A DNA stretch of 64,000 nt, from assembly GCA_964247055.1 (NCBI GenBank), contig OZ176052.1, positions 4,588,001 through 4,652,000 on the forward strand, written 5' to 3'. The DNA comes from Paragordius varius (lineage: Eukaryota > Animalia > Nematomorpha). Position 1 is the stretch's first letter. Each line of letters opens with the position of its first letter. The notes below the pieces were generated by a model. It ran no database searches. It worked only from the letters and a program-made list of their open reading frames with translations, and was not told the origin of the DNA. Position numbers and translations under genes: made by a program. This document shows positions 28,344 to 43,300 of the stretch, in pieces.

Positions 28344-31300
28344 CTAAAAATAATAGATAGATTGGATGTATTTTGGTGATTGAGTTCCGTCATCTTTTGA
28401 AAGCGATGATAATGATTGCTGCCTTTGAGTCGAGGGAGAGGATTCCACCAAATTTTCCATCATCATGTATGGCTCCTCATAAATATGGTTGGTGGAGTCA
28501 TCGTATTCAGACAAAAGCTCACAACTCTGGGCAGCTAAACTTTGATCTATCGATTGGGTGTTGGCGTGTTCCGCTTTACTGATCGTAGCATTATGTTTAA
28601 TACTTATGGATGGCAAAGAATTATTATTTGAATAATAAGGAGTCACATTTCCTGATGCGGTTGTCAGGTGTAAACTTAAGCGATCAACCAAATTTTTTGG
28701 ATTCTTAAATGCCTTCTTGTAAGACAAAACATAAGGAGTTGTAACAGAAAAGGGTGTTCCTGTTGTTGTTGAATTGCGATTTGTTAATACAGTATTTTCA
28801 CAAGGTATATTTCTATTATTCGTTGATTTACTAAGTTCTTCTGTGTTCCTTATGGTTTTATTATTAACGTCGTTAATATTACAGCCTCCTAATAGTATAA
28901 ATGTTAATTTAAGTAAAAAATAACGTATCGTCTAGTGTTAATTTATATGATTTTGACGTTTTTTACGGAATTATAGTATAAATTTGGTATGATAAGGCTT
29001 ATTTTTATATATAAATTTTGGATGATTAGGTGAAAAAAATTATCTTACCTCCTCCCATGTACCCTTTTGAAAACGAAGACGGATGAGGTATTGTGGCAAT
29101 ATTTATGGGTTCAGTGTTGGTGTGAAATTGTTGTTGATGGATATTCCCATTTATTGTACACGCTAATTTCATGGGTAAAATTTGGTTTTCTGGCCCAGAC
29201 GACCCCAAAGAAGTTTGAGTCGACGCTTGACCAATTGTTTTAAACTTGTTTGTAGCAATATTATTACCATACATTTTGTCTTTAGTGTTATTAGCAAAGC
29301 TGTTTGGTACCCTGCTTTCACGATGAACGAAATGTTTTTGGTTCATTCCACCAATTAACTGCGTCGGATTAGTAAAGATTTGAGTTCTACTTTTTTGGGA
29401 AAATAAATTTGATGGGTGAGAATATGTACCACCGGTCTTGACTGACATCGTTATAGTTGGGTGATTGGTTAGGGTTTCAATCGTTTTCCTACCTTTACTT
29501 ATACTGTTACTAGTTGAATATGTTGTTGTCTGCGGTTGTTTTTGTTGTTTAAGTCCACTACCAATTGCTTTTTCGGCATTTGAATTTGTGGTAGATGATG
29601 CTAGAATTTGGACGTAATCATTACCATAATTAGATTCATGTTCTCCTCTTGTTAAATCATCCAAAGCTAACCTATTAGCATTTGACGGTATTGGGGGAAC
29701 GGGACCAAGAGATAGTGCCGTTTGATAGGAGCGAAGATACTTAGATGCTTGATGAGCTGTAAGAGAATTATTGAAAATGTTAGATCGACGACCCAAGCGG
29801 GGTGAAGCCGAGGGCGTCCTTGACAGTATGGTAGATTTGGCACTCGGGCTTTTTGGGCGCATTGATATGCAAGAAACTCTGCTGGCGTTAGAATTAGAGC
29901 CGTTATAACCGGTGCTATTTTTATACTGGCTATTGGAACAACGTATGGAGGATGGGGTAGGTAGGATAAAACTTTTACGTTGGTGACTGTCATCGGTTTT
30001 TACATTCTTTTTGGAAGTGGTATCGGTCAAAAATTTAGCTCCGCTACTAGTTATTTTAGAATTAGCGGTTGTACTGTTTGTGGTATCGCCACTATTGTAA
30101 TGATGATCCTTCCAATCCTGAAAGCGTTTAAAGGAAAAACTATACGAACTTCCTAATGCGTTGGATGAGGAGCTATTACCTTTACCAGAAGCTAGTAAAT
30201 TGTTTGAGGTCGAGGTGTGTTTTAAACTTGCGTGTGTGACAGATTGATGACTTCTCAACAATTTCTTTTGATTCGTCGAACAAATCAAATGTGAAGGAAT
30301 GTTGGGATTGTTGGATTTATTGGGATTATTGACTACATTGTTAAGGATTGTTGTATCTTCTTCGGGGATTAGTGGGTTTTTAATAAAATACGTTGCACTC
30401 GGTAAACCTAATTATTTAAGAAAATATGATATTTATATTATTTGAAACATAGGTTATTGAAAATTATCGTAAATTATTTAAGTCTGAGATTTTAAAATCA
30501 AATAACAGTCTTGATCTTAAAGTAGACATTAACCAAACATGATTTTTAATTATATATATTTGCACTTTATGTAAACCTGAAACATTTAACATGGAATCCT
30601 CGTAAGATTTCGATCGAAAATGTGAAACAGCCGGTATGTTGAGATTGCTTGTTGAATGATCTTGAGTTGGTATTTGTTGTCTTTTAACTGCATACTGACT
30701 CGAAAGATTCGTTGATGTTTGATAATGGTTTACATGTTGCGCTGCATTGATTTTAGTTGCATTTCTGTGATGTACGACATCTGCCCAATATTGTTGGATG
30801 GTTGCCTTCTGCGTTTCCATTAAATCTTGATCCGCTTTAAGGCGCTCCTATTTTTTCGTGTAATAAAATTTTGGAATTTTAAGATAGTAGATGTAACATT
30901 AAACCTATTTTTGCTGGAAACTTAATTTTACTAAGATATTAATACGATATAATTTTGACATACGGTCAAATTGTTAAAGTTGAAACGGTTATCGCGTCAA
31001 AAAATTCCAAAATCTATTTGTACATATATAAAACCTTTAAACTCTCCATTTTTTCCCTTTCAGCCTTTATTTGATTCCTTTCCGCTTCTAGCGCTGCCCT
31101 TTCCACCTCAGACTCTTTTTTGAAGGTTTCCTTCTCCTTAGTTACACTTTCTTGAAGGTTTCTCAGTTCTTCCAACTGTTGACTGTGCCACCACGATTTA
31201 TCGAGCAGAGATGTGGCCGATGTCCGGCTATGAAGTATAGCAGTGGGATATGAAAGCGAATTTGTCGAAGCAGTAAAACCAGTTGACAGAATATTGTTAT

Positions 31301-34300
31301 TGCTATTATTGGTGCTGTTATTATTACTATGACTTGCAAGGGCAAACATTTGTTTATACTTTGCCAATTTATATTGGGTGCTTTTGGCATCAGTTAATAA
31401 TCTAAGTAGTAAAAAGAATATATGGTTCCCAAAATATATGAATAATAAAAAAATTTATAAAAATAGCAGCAAATGTATAGGAAGTATTAGTGAAAACTTT
31501 TTAAATCATGATCGATTTATTATACAAATGTAATTATATATACGTACAATACATACCTCATGTGATTTGTAATTTCACAATTGATGACATTCTAAAACAA
31601 ACAGAAATATAATAATTAATTATATAAATTAAATATTAAAAGCGCTTGCTTACATATAAAAATAACTTTATACATACCATAATTAGATTTAAAATTTGGA
31701 TAAGTTGCATCCTCTGGGCCGCATTATAATTGTGATTGATAAGATTGAATGACGATTTTGGATCTTTCAGTATGTGAGCCAATGTAAGGGACATTAAACT
31801 CCCATTTTTGTGATTATGAATATTATTTTGTGAGTTCGGACGTGTTGAATTTGTCATAGAAGAGGTGGATAAGGGTGACGAAATTAGTGAGGTCTGTTGT
31901 ACAAGATAAAAAATTATATCTTTGTTCATTTGCAATGTTAAATTTATGAAATTTTTTTTTTATCAAACCTCTGAAGACGTAGTTGAACAACTTTCTGGCG
32001 TATTCGTTTGCTTGATTGATGAAGCTCTGCCATAATTATTCATTTCCTCAGTTGATTCTTTAAGTTTTGTTATATCCAAATGGTTTGGGGGCGGTTTTTT
32101 AACTAAACTAATAGATTGGGTACTACTGTCTTCCTTAATTATATTGTTGTCTATAGCGTGTTCTTCATATATAGAGGTTGTTGTTGTATGGTGTTCAAGA
32201 AAATTATTGCACGAAGCGGTTTTGGCATCGAACCCAGAAAAGGTTTCAGCTCTTTTTGGCTGTTGGCTTGATGTAGAATTTTGGCCATTTGAATCAGCCT
32301 CAGTCGTAGAGGTGGCATTTTGGGAAAGATTTTGTATAAATTTGTAACTTTCATCTAAGAAACGCATAAATGATTGCAAAAATAGTTTTTTTGAGGCAAA
32401 AAATCATTGTGAAACAAGAAAATTACGTATCATGGGCTTGTTATGATCCAATACATCGCTTACACTCCTGTTCAGGTTGGGGATAAGGGATTGATAAGTA
32501 GGTGGTGCCGGAGATTTTCCAATTTGGACTTCTCCGAGTTTATACACTATATGGGCATTTATAATTATTATATATTAAAATTTAAAGATACCAATTCTTC
32601 TTATGAATGTTAGGTTTAAACAATTTATAAATTTTGTTTTTTTTTACAAATTATCTAGATAAATCATAGGCTAATACATTGGTTTATAACGGTTTGCAAA
32701 ATGTCACGGAGTTCGATTAAGCAAGATTTGTTCAGTTTGTCCAAATCTCTGGATTCCAACTCTTGGTCCAATGATAGCAACAATCCATCTTCCTGGGAAT
32801 CTGTAAGGGCTCTACTTAGCATTCCAGAGGAATTTGTCAGTTGTTCCGAGCATGCCGTTTGAGTTGACGTAGATGTCGTTTTTGTGTATGTTGTGTCATC
32901 ATTGTTTATCATTTTTGGTGTAAGAGCTTTGTTATACTCTATTTGAGTCGTGAGTGATCTGGATCGTAGGCAAGATTCCGTTTCCCGTTTTAGTTTCTCC
33001 AAAACACTATCTATCGAAGTGTCGATCTCTGGTGGCATACTTTTACGTTGTACCGTTTTTAGGTCCGAAATATAGGATGTCTCACCTTCCCTCAAAGCAG
33101 CATTAGATGGGAGTAACAAATTGTTAGGGTTGTTGTGCTGTTGATTGCTAATTTGATATCGTCGACACAATGTTTCATACCGACGTAATGGTTCTATAGT
33201 GCGTGACAGGATATCACACTTGGCAAAAGTTATAAGCATCATTTCATAATCTTTTTTCTCGGCTTCATCTAAATATATATCACAATAGATTATGTAAGAA
33301 ATATGAGTTAATTTAAGTAAATTAAATCGTATTTATAAATATATATTTCATTCTAACAGGAATAAACCTAATAACCGGTGAACTTTGTGTGTGGCCATAT
33401 CGATTTTCCTCAGTTCTTGCCTGAAATTTTCTTTGACACTTGGATCTAAAAATAGTAAAAATAATTGTTTATATGATCCCTAATTGAATAATATATAGTA
33501 ATTCTTATTTTGATAAAATAATTACCACCTAAATAAATTTTTTGTTCCCGAGCCAGGGTTGATTTCATGCGTTGAGTTGTGGGTGATAAATTACCATTTT
33601 CAATGTCTTCGACGTTTTCTCCATTCTTGTTTTGTTGATTTTCTAAGAAAAGGATATCTCTTAAACCGGTTGATATGTGTGAAGCTAAAGTTTTTCTTAA
33701 TTGATAAAGCCATTGATTTTTGGTTTTAGAGTTGTGACAAGATATTTCATACATTTCTGGACAAACTGCTTGGCAGTTTATAATGTAAAAAGCTGAAGAA
33801 TCACCTGCCTTTTCACGGAAGATAAGTTTTTGGAGCGGTAATACTGAAGACTATGTGTCCATAAAAAATAAAAATATATGTCATTAAAAAGTAGATGGTA
33901 ATATTTTTTAAAAAAAACATGGAACTGAAGTGTCCGAAAGGCCTGCGAAAAATTTAAAAGTCCCATAATTTGCCAAAATTTTAGTAAAATTAATCTTATA
34001 AAACAATTTTTCTAAATAAGTCCCATCCAATTGGCACGGACTAGAAAAAATTATATGATATCTGTGTTTTTCGCTTATGTTTGAAAACTAATAAATTATT
34101 TATGATTAGTCCAGAAGGAGGCCCGTCTGTTTGAAGTCAGAAATGCGGCCCGCGGAGCCATTTGCGTTGGATACCCCTGGTTTAGAAAATATTTCTTAAA
34201 AGCAAATTTCAACACTACATAACGAATACTATCACCATACCATTCCTCTGTAAGCTATGGGCGTTGATTTGTTAATTGGATGAATGGAATGGTCCAACGT

Positions 34301-37300
34301 TTGTTGTTTTGCATTGTTGGCAAATGAAGAAGACGAATTGTTTGATAAAACATTATCCTCAGTTGAAATTGTCATCGTCGCATTGCTATGGTGATGGTAA
34401 GATAAATTTTGGTGCGTTAATGTAGTCGCAAATTTATAACGTATCCCACTCTCCTTGTCCCTATCTTTATCGCGCAGTTCCTGTAGGAATACTAAAGCAT
34501 CTGAAAGAAGAAGTGCATGTATGTGTGATAATGTAACATTATGGGCCAAAGGACCAGTTGAAGAACCTAGGCTACCACTTTTAGAGCCGGATTTATCTTT
34601 ACTTATACCAAGTGAGAGGACAGAACTCAAATTTGCTGTCGTATTGTGCTGTTGTGATTGATTTCCTGCATTATTAAAATTGCTGATAGAATCCGTTAAT
34701 GGATTTGTGGAAACATTTGTGGTTCCGGTTCCATTTTGCACAAGCAAAGATTGCGTTGAAGCGGAATGACCTTGTATTGTATGAGATGATGCAGTTATTG
34801 GGCTTGTAATGTTATTGACACCAGCATAAACGAGGTCTAGCGGTCCTCCCTCAAACACTAGTTCTCGTTCATGGGACATTAACTCACCTCTTCTTTGTTG
34901 GGAGGCATCACTTGGTTGAATTAGATCATTTGGCTAAAATGTTCACAAAAATAATTTGGCATACTCGAACAGATAACATGCAAATAAAAAATCGTAAATA
35001 ATATTAATAATCTTTCCTAATAGTATAAAGAGTTCATGGCTAAAAGAGTAATAAAAATATATTTTAGCCGCCCAAAATTGAAAGGAGTCATCGATATTAC
35101 ATTATTTTTTATAGTAATTTAAATGACCCCTGATATGGACCTCAATGGGAATTAAAACACGGCTTATTATCAGGATCAAGGCCTTTTTTTACAATAGTCT
35201 GCTTTTTTGCAAAAGCGTATTAAGGGGAAATATAGGCGAAACAGGGAATATTTCAATACATAATTTATTTTAATAAACGATTTACTATACTTCAGGCTGA
35301 TACATCTTTTCAAAATAATTATTTCCAAAATGCATCTTAACATAGTTTACAATGCATATAATTTATCGAAATATACTGTAATAATTTGGCCCTCAAAAAA
35401 GGCTTGTGATTTAGGATCAATTTGAGATACAATATCTTTGAAACGATCTTTGAGTTCGCGTTTTGCTATACGTTCATCCACGGCCGTCAAAATTGATTTT
35501 AGGCCAATCAAAGCTTGGTTGAGATTTTCATCTTCAATATTGGTGGGTTGTTTTTTACCTAAACCATACAATAACAATTTTAAAAAATAATAAACAAAGA
35601 TAAATTCAAAAAATCATAACACGTCATCGATCGATCATATATGTTCATTTCCATACCTTTTTGTGCCTTAATTATGGATTCCAACAATATAGGGTATTTT
35701 GTGATGCGTTGAGTTATGGCTAAAATACATTCAGGTACACTTTTACGGCGACACAATGGATGTACCAAGCAATTCTAATCAACAACATATTTTTGAATTA
35801 AATAAAATTACCCTAAAAATATTGATTTGTTTACAATTAAACGCCAGATATTGTTGTTAATTAATTTAAAACAATGATAGGAATCCTAAAACCCATATCA
35901 TTAAATTTACGGGAAAAAAGATTGGTGTTATAAATTTTTGAAGACGTTGGTGATTTAATTTTTAACTTAAATTTATAATATGAAATCGAGATTTTTTTCT
36001 ATATGTTATATATCGAATATACTTAATTAAATCAAACAAATTCCAAATTAATACTTGAAAATAATTGGCAACGTCCTTATCAGCCTTAATTAATCGTTTG
36101 TAAGCTTGAATGGCACATTTGTGTTCAGAACAAAATTCTCCATATTCAAGTTTCATTTTGTTTGCACATTCCCCTGTAAACTATATTAAATAATTTTGAA
36201 TAGTTTAATAAATATTAATCGTATGCTATTTTCTATATATTTATATATTAAAAAAACTTAAAGGGTTTAAATGATATACTTGATCTAGTAAAACATCACC
36301 AATTTGTTCAACAAATATGGATTGTTGTTTTTTGTTTCTCAAAGCCTCATAGAATTGTAAATGGATATGAAATAGATTTTGGGCATGCGTGAATATAGCT
36401 TTAAGTATGTCATTCTCTTGTTTGATTACATGAAAAAGGGCAAACGCATAAATCTGTGCACACATATCAAATTAATTTTATTATTGTAATTATATCATCG
36501 TTTTAGATATGACATAATAAATATTTTAAACAGGCAGATTATAGGTTTGATTATGTTATGAATTGGTGTCTTTATTTGTTCTTAGGGTAAGGAATTCTAA
36601 ATTATCAATCAATTTTAATCTCCCCAAATTCGATTTTAAAATTAACCCCTTGCCTATTTAAATTAAGATTATTTTAGTCTAATTTAGTCCAAAAAAAATT
36701 TTAAAACAGTTTTAGTTATTGAATTTTATACACAGTAGCATATGGTACAAAACAACAAATGGTCAAAATTAAAGATTTTCCCTATACTTCTGCCTATTTT
36801 ATTTGGGACTAACTTATTTTTAAACCATACGGTATTCTATTGTAATTCAACTAACCTTGTTAACGATGGAAAGTGTTTGCAGATGGACCTTTTCTGTCAT
36901 GATTAATTCATGAATTATATCTTGTTTCTTAATCTCCTTGCTGGTGTATTGTTTGAGAAACTGGAGTTTTGAATACAAAATAAAAACAAAAAATAAATTA
37001 GAAATAAATGTAATAAAAATTATAGTATTTAGCATTAATCGTATATTATTACAATAGGTATTATTATTATTAATACCAACATACCAAAGTATAAAATTAA
37101 CATTTTACAAGGTTATTTTGGTACACAAAACACAAATATCCATCTCTAACTATAAAATATTCAAAAACAACAACTGAAAAGCTATATACATACAAACATA
37201 TAAGATTAAGAGGGAGTTGTCGAAAAAACTGTCTTTTCTCTTAATTAGATACAATTAAATAAATTCTGCCATACATAATATCAAAGATAAGCTGGTTTTT

Positions 37301-40300
37301 TAATATAGACTTATTCGTAATTTTATACAATATATATATATGTCAATTTGTGGTGGATAACTTGCAAAAAATATATTAAATTTTATTGTGGATAGCTAAA
37401 ATAAAAAAAATGATTTGCAGCACTAATAAATTAGTAGTAAGATTGGTTGACGAATGTGATATTTTTCTTTTTCAACATTCAAAATTTCCTAATCTCTCCA
37501 AATATGATTCCTGTAATCCCCTCCTCTCTAATTTGACCTTATTCCGTGATAAAAGGCAAAAAATAATTCCGATTTTGACAGATTTATTATAAAAATAAAT
37601 AATTTCAATTAATAATAAAATAAATGTTTTAATATTGGTGTCTCTTAATTCATCCTTTCCATGTCGTCAAAATATATTGCCACAAATAACGTAAATAATT
37701 TTAAAATAAAGATAAAATAGATATTTCCCATTTACAAAATTTAAAAATTTAATTCGTTATATGGGGCAAAAAAATCTAAAATGTTTAGGTTTTATTAATA
37801 TAGTTTTTATCTAAAAATACAAGACATTAGTGGTTTCTATACAAATTTTTACAATAACAACCGAATGAACAACATCAATTGTTACTTTGGTATTATCGTA
37901 TAGAAATATGCCCAGTTTTGTGGAAAAAACACAAAAAAATAAAATTTAAATTAAAATCAGTTTTTTTTCCATTAATATCTAAATATTAGTTTATTTCAAA
38001 AATTTTATTGTTGCTCATTACTTAGGTGAAGTTGAAAGAGTGTATGATGATCAATATGAACTAATTAGTTTGTGTCTTTATTTTAATGAGAGCTAGGTTA
38101 GTTTTAGTAAACATTCATTTATTTAAAAACAATTTAACTCATAAATACCAATTTTTATCGCCTAAATTTAATAATATTAGTTCATATTAGCACTTTTTAT
38201 CGCTTTATAATTCAACAAATCTAACGATCATTTAGACAAAACTTGAAAAAAACACATTAAAATAATATAAATATTCTGCGCATTACCTATATTATTAAAT
38301 ATTTTTTGAATTTTAAAACCAATCAAAATAGCATACCTTTTTATCAGTACGTAAGCTGGTCCAGGCATCATTTTCTTCATCGGCACCAGCCTCAAAAGGA
38401 TTAAAATGTAAAAATTTGTCATCCCTAATGTCGGGATATTCTAGCAAGGATGTTTCCAACGTATATGATATCATCAAAGGAGGAGATGTTTTTATGATAT
38501 TAATTATATCATTGAAATCATGGTTTAATGCTTTATCTTTACAATTTGTGTCGTATAATTTTAAGGAATTAATTTCCCTTCTTGAGTCTGTTTTCCGCTC
38601 GTTGATATCAGATACAGTGATGCCAATATTATGATGAGATACGTTTTGAGTATTTGTGGACTTATCATTGATTGCAGGATAATCGGAAGTAATATTAGTA
38701 TGGGGTGATGATAAATCTGATTTTTTAACTATTGCTTCATTTTCATCGCATGGGACAAGTGTATCCAAAGATTTATTTAATAAATTATTGTCTTCTTCGC
38801 CATCAGAATAGTTTTGTGGGACAATAAAGCTGTCTTTCGCGTTTTCATCACCATCATCATTATTATTAATGAAAGAGTCTTGGTTTGGCACAACAATGAT
38901 TGAAGTATCACTTGAATCAATAAATTTGGCGACTTTTGCTGTCAAATCAAACATGGAAGAAACAATAACATTGTCTTTATGAGTACTAGAACTATCAACT
39001 ATTTCATCAAACTGTTTATGATTTTTTGATGTAAGATCGTTTGAAATGGAATTAGGATTATCTTTATGAATAATTTCATTGGTTGGTTCCTTCTCTTCCT
39101 GCTTAAAAACGACATTATGATCTATTCTAAGTTGTGGTGTTGTTGTATCAATCATTGTAGGGTTCTCTACGCCAGAATCGAGGTCCATATCGAGATGATT
39201 ATATGGATTATTAATATTGTTGGTTAAACTACATATACCTTCAGTTTGTTGTACATCATTATTGGCACGAGCATTATTATTGAATAAGAAATCTTTAATT
39301 CCGCCAAGCGTGGGAGATATTATAGTTGTCGCTGCAGTGGTCATATTAAGCAAAGTATTATCATTAGGACTTTCACCCTTTTCAGGGCTAATTTCATAAT
39401 GTGTAGTTTGTTTTCGTTCAGTAGTTAAACAATTACTAGAAATAGAATTGATAAAATTTAAGTTTGATTAACATTTTTTATCAAAACGAAATAACTATAT
39501 ATAATAAATTATATGAAAACAATAATTGTAATTATGGAAAAAGTTTTGTTTTTCGAAAGTAAAAATGGATTGGATGAAAAGAGCAAAAGCGGTAAACCGC
39601 AATTATAAAATATGGTTTGATAAAAAATTCAATTTATTTTTACATAAGCGGTATGTTGAAAAGAAATTTGAAAAAATATAGATATTATACAATTAAAAAA
39701 TGACTATTAAAAAAATATTTATACGAATAACGTATTTATGGAATTAGGTTTAATAATTTTTGATAATTAGAGCTTATTTTAAAATCCGCCGTTAAAAATA
39801 ATTTATTTATAAATCATCATATCATTAATAAAAAAGAATGGATTATATATATGCTACTGTTTTACCTGGTATAATATTCAATATTTTTACTTTATATTCA
39901 TTAAAAACGTAAAATTTAGTCAATGCTTCAATATTTTAAATAACGTTGATCATTATTTAATAATAATATAAATATATAATTATAATTAATATTGAATTTT
40001 TCTATTTTTCATTTATTTTTCGATAAATATAATGACAATGGCAATTTTTTAAACCAACATAGAGGATAACAATGAATGAAATATTTGTTAACCTTTTCTA
40101 TTATTAAATTATTTATACTTTACAGTTACAAATTTTTTCAGCATTACGTCCATATGTAGAGATATAAAAATAAAAATTATAAATAATTAACAAAACAATC
40201 ACTGAGGATTGTAATATAAAATAAAAAATATATCAGTTGAATAGAGGTGACCAGGTATGAAAACAAATTATTAGATAAAATTTAATAATATGAATAAAAA

Positions 40301-43300
40301 TAATAGCGTTCATATCCAATTCCATCCCTCTTGCTTGCTTTTTTGATCCATTTATATTACAAATATTGTTATAATATATATATATATAACACATTTTAAT
40401 TATTATGTAATAATAATATATATAGATAAAAATGTTTTAATATTTTTGTTCAGAGGTCATTGAATTATTGCTATTAATTACCTTTACTCTTACCTGTTTG
40501 TGGTATATTTGTTTGGTGTGTGTGCAATACATAATATAACGAAAAAAATTCTTTTTAGTTTTGGAAATATGAGAAGAATAAGTAGAGACTCGCTAAATGA
40601 AATCATCGTATTAAATTATTATTATCTATTTTATGTTTTATACAACGTATTCGTTAAAATTTTATAAAAAAAATATTATTTGCTTTCAAATAAGAATTAG
40701 CTGGTTAGTTTTCATTTTAATATTATATTACAAACATTCATATAAATTTGATAAAGTTGTCTTGTATAAAAAGTAAGTAGTTTTTTGACAAACCTTTGCT
40801 AAATGCCTTTGTCCATATATATTTAAATGGTTAATATTCCTCTTTGTATATGGCGAAATACATTTCTTAGATCGTAAATATAATCTCGTTTGTTTTCGCC
40901 ATACATAATTTTTTATCAATAATTGCTATCGAAAAAATCAAAAATTTAATCAAAAATCAAAAAAGCTAATTCAAAGGACACGGTTGTGTGTTAAAAGGAA
41001 ATAATTTGAAAAAAACCTTTTTAAATTAAAATAAATGTATTATTCGAAAAAAACGCGGTAAATTATCTCTGAGATCTATAAAATTCGTTTACTGGTCAAA
41101 AAATTGCCATTAATATTAATTTTTTAGCTGATATATGGCACAATAGCGATAAAACAATGTATATATAATTTTAAAACTTCCTTTTTTCAAGACGAAGTAT
41201 TTTTTACGATTTTACAGAATTTGTTAAACACATAAAATAATAAAAAATTAAATGTTATTAGAAAGTTTACGAAAAAAATAAATTAAATAAATTGATGTAC
41301 AAAAATGATATATCACGCCATCCTGTTAATTTTGAAAAGTAGAGTTCTACTAAAAAAAGTGTGTATTAATTTGTTGTTGAGACGACTTAGTTACTTACAA
41401 ATTAAATTTTATGTTACATATATATTCGTTAAAAACTAACAGCGAGGTATTAGGGTTGTGAAATGAATTTCATTTCGATATCGGATTTGTAAAAAGTTTA
41501 CGTAAAAAGAGAATATATGGCAAAATAATATTTTAGCTAATAACAATATTTAACTAGAACCGTTTCTCAAAAATTTAACAACATATGGATACAGAAATTT
41601 TTTTAAACCTTTAATAAAATGACAATTTTTTCTCAATAGTTAAATAGGTTAAAATTTATCTACGAAAAAATCGGGGTATTCGATTGCGTCCCAATAAGTC
41701 ATAACTAGTAAAAAATTAGTATATATAAATGTATAAGGATATGTCAAAAATAATCATAATTCAGAACTCACTAGTATATTTTTATGAAAAGTCCCCTTAA
41801 TATCCATCAAAATAAATTGCGAAAAATTTGCAAATTTGATACAATTTTAATTTGAGGTGTGAAATAAATAATTTAATTTGAGCCCTACAACTATTTTATA
41901 GATTTGACACTTGAAATATTTTTATTTATAAATTTGATGTATAATATTTAAAAAATTAAATCCTAGAATATTTTATCCTCGTATAAAATTTAAAAACCAA
42001 AATATATGTTTTGTAATATTTCATAAATTTCAGATTATATATTACAACAAGGTTATCGTCCTTCCCTGAACTGTAAACATTCAGGCCAGGCGCTCACAGA
42101 TACTGTTCTTATATTTTATAAGGATAGTTCTTTTCAGGCAACACAAATACAAAACTACCGACTTGTAATATCTTATGTAAGTAAAATTTATTAAAATTTA
42201 TAAGTTTCCCCCCCCCCCCCCCAATTAAAAACATTAAATTATTTGTATAATTATTAAAAACTTTGAATAAATGAGAAAAACCATAAGGCATCTTACCGAT
42301 TTCCGCATTATTAACCATATATATTTTATCAAAAATATTAGCCAAACCGTATTTGTTTAAGTTACAAATCTAACGCTAAACAGAATAATTGATTCGAAAA
42401 TTAGAGAGTTTACTTTTTAATTTATATAAATTCAATAATAATTATCAGACACCGGATGTAGGAATTTTATCCAGAAATATAAATTTTTCATAAATCAATT
42501 AGGTTATTTTGTAAACATGAATGAGAATGTTTGACTAGTAAACCAGTAGCCTTTTTAAAAAACATAATTCAATATACCTTATATGTCATATGTCCGAATA
42601 CATAAGTTTATATCAATATACCCCAAAAATGATGTATTAGTTGGAAAAAATGCCGATATCATTGGAATAACTTTAGATTTTAAACATGTGAATTATACCT
42701 CTTGCGCAAAAAATATATTAAAATAAAAAATTTAATTTTTTTTGTATAGTAAATAAACATTATATGCATATTTATATATACTAAACATATTAATTATTAC
42801 ATATTATCTAATGATGATCTATCTCTATTATTATTACAAAACATTTAAATTCAAATGAAATGAAATATTTATATACTATAATATATGGTAAAAAAGATAA
42901 AAAAAATTTTTTTAATAAGCTATAATTTTTTTTAATGAAAAAAAGGTAAATCTATATTTTTGTAACCACAAAAGTGTAAAAATGTGACAATATTAAAATA
43001 GTAGTATATTTATATACAAAGGGGATTATTTTTTGTTAAACATTTATAATTTTAGTAAAATTATCATTTTTATCTAATAATAATAATAATTAAAACTAAA
43101 TAATTTAGTAAAATATTAGCATAAATTAATAAATAAATGAATTTGCGCAAAGATAATATATTATATACCTTTGGTGAGTCAAACAACATCATTTATCATA
43201 ATTAATAAAAGATATATATATATATATATATATATATACTATATAGTAACGAGAACTATTATTGGTCACTGGTTATTTCAATTGGCTAAATTGGTATATT

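Noticed and set aside
28373-39399. Plus-strand ORFs listed at 28373, 32144, 34455, 38416 and 39217, and alternative-frame minus ORFs (29667, 31163, 32151, 38228)
   Set aside because: Antisense or off-frame shadows of RhoGEF exons.
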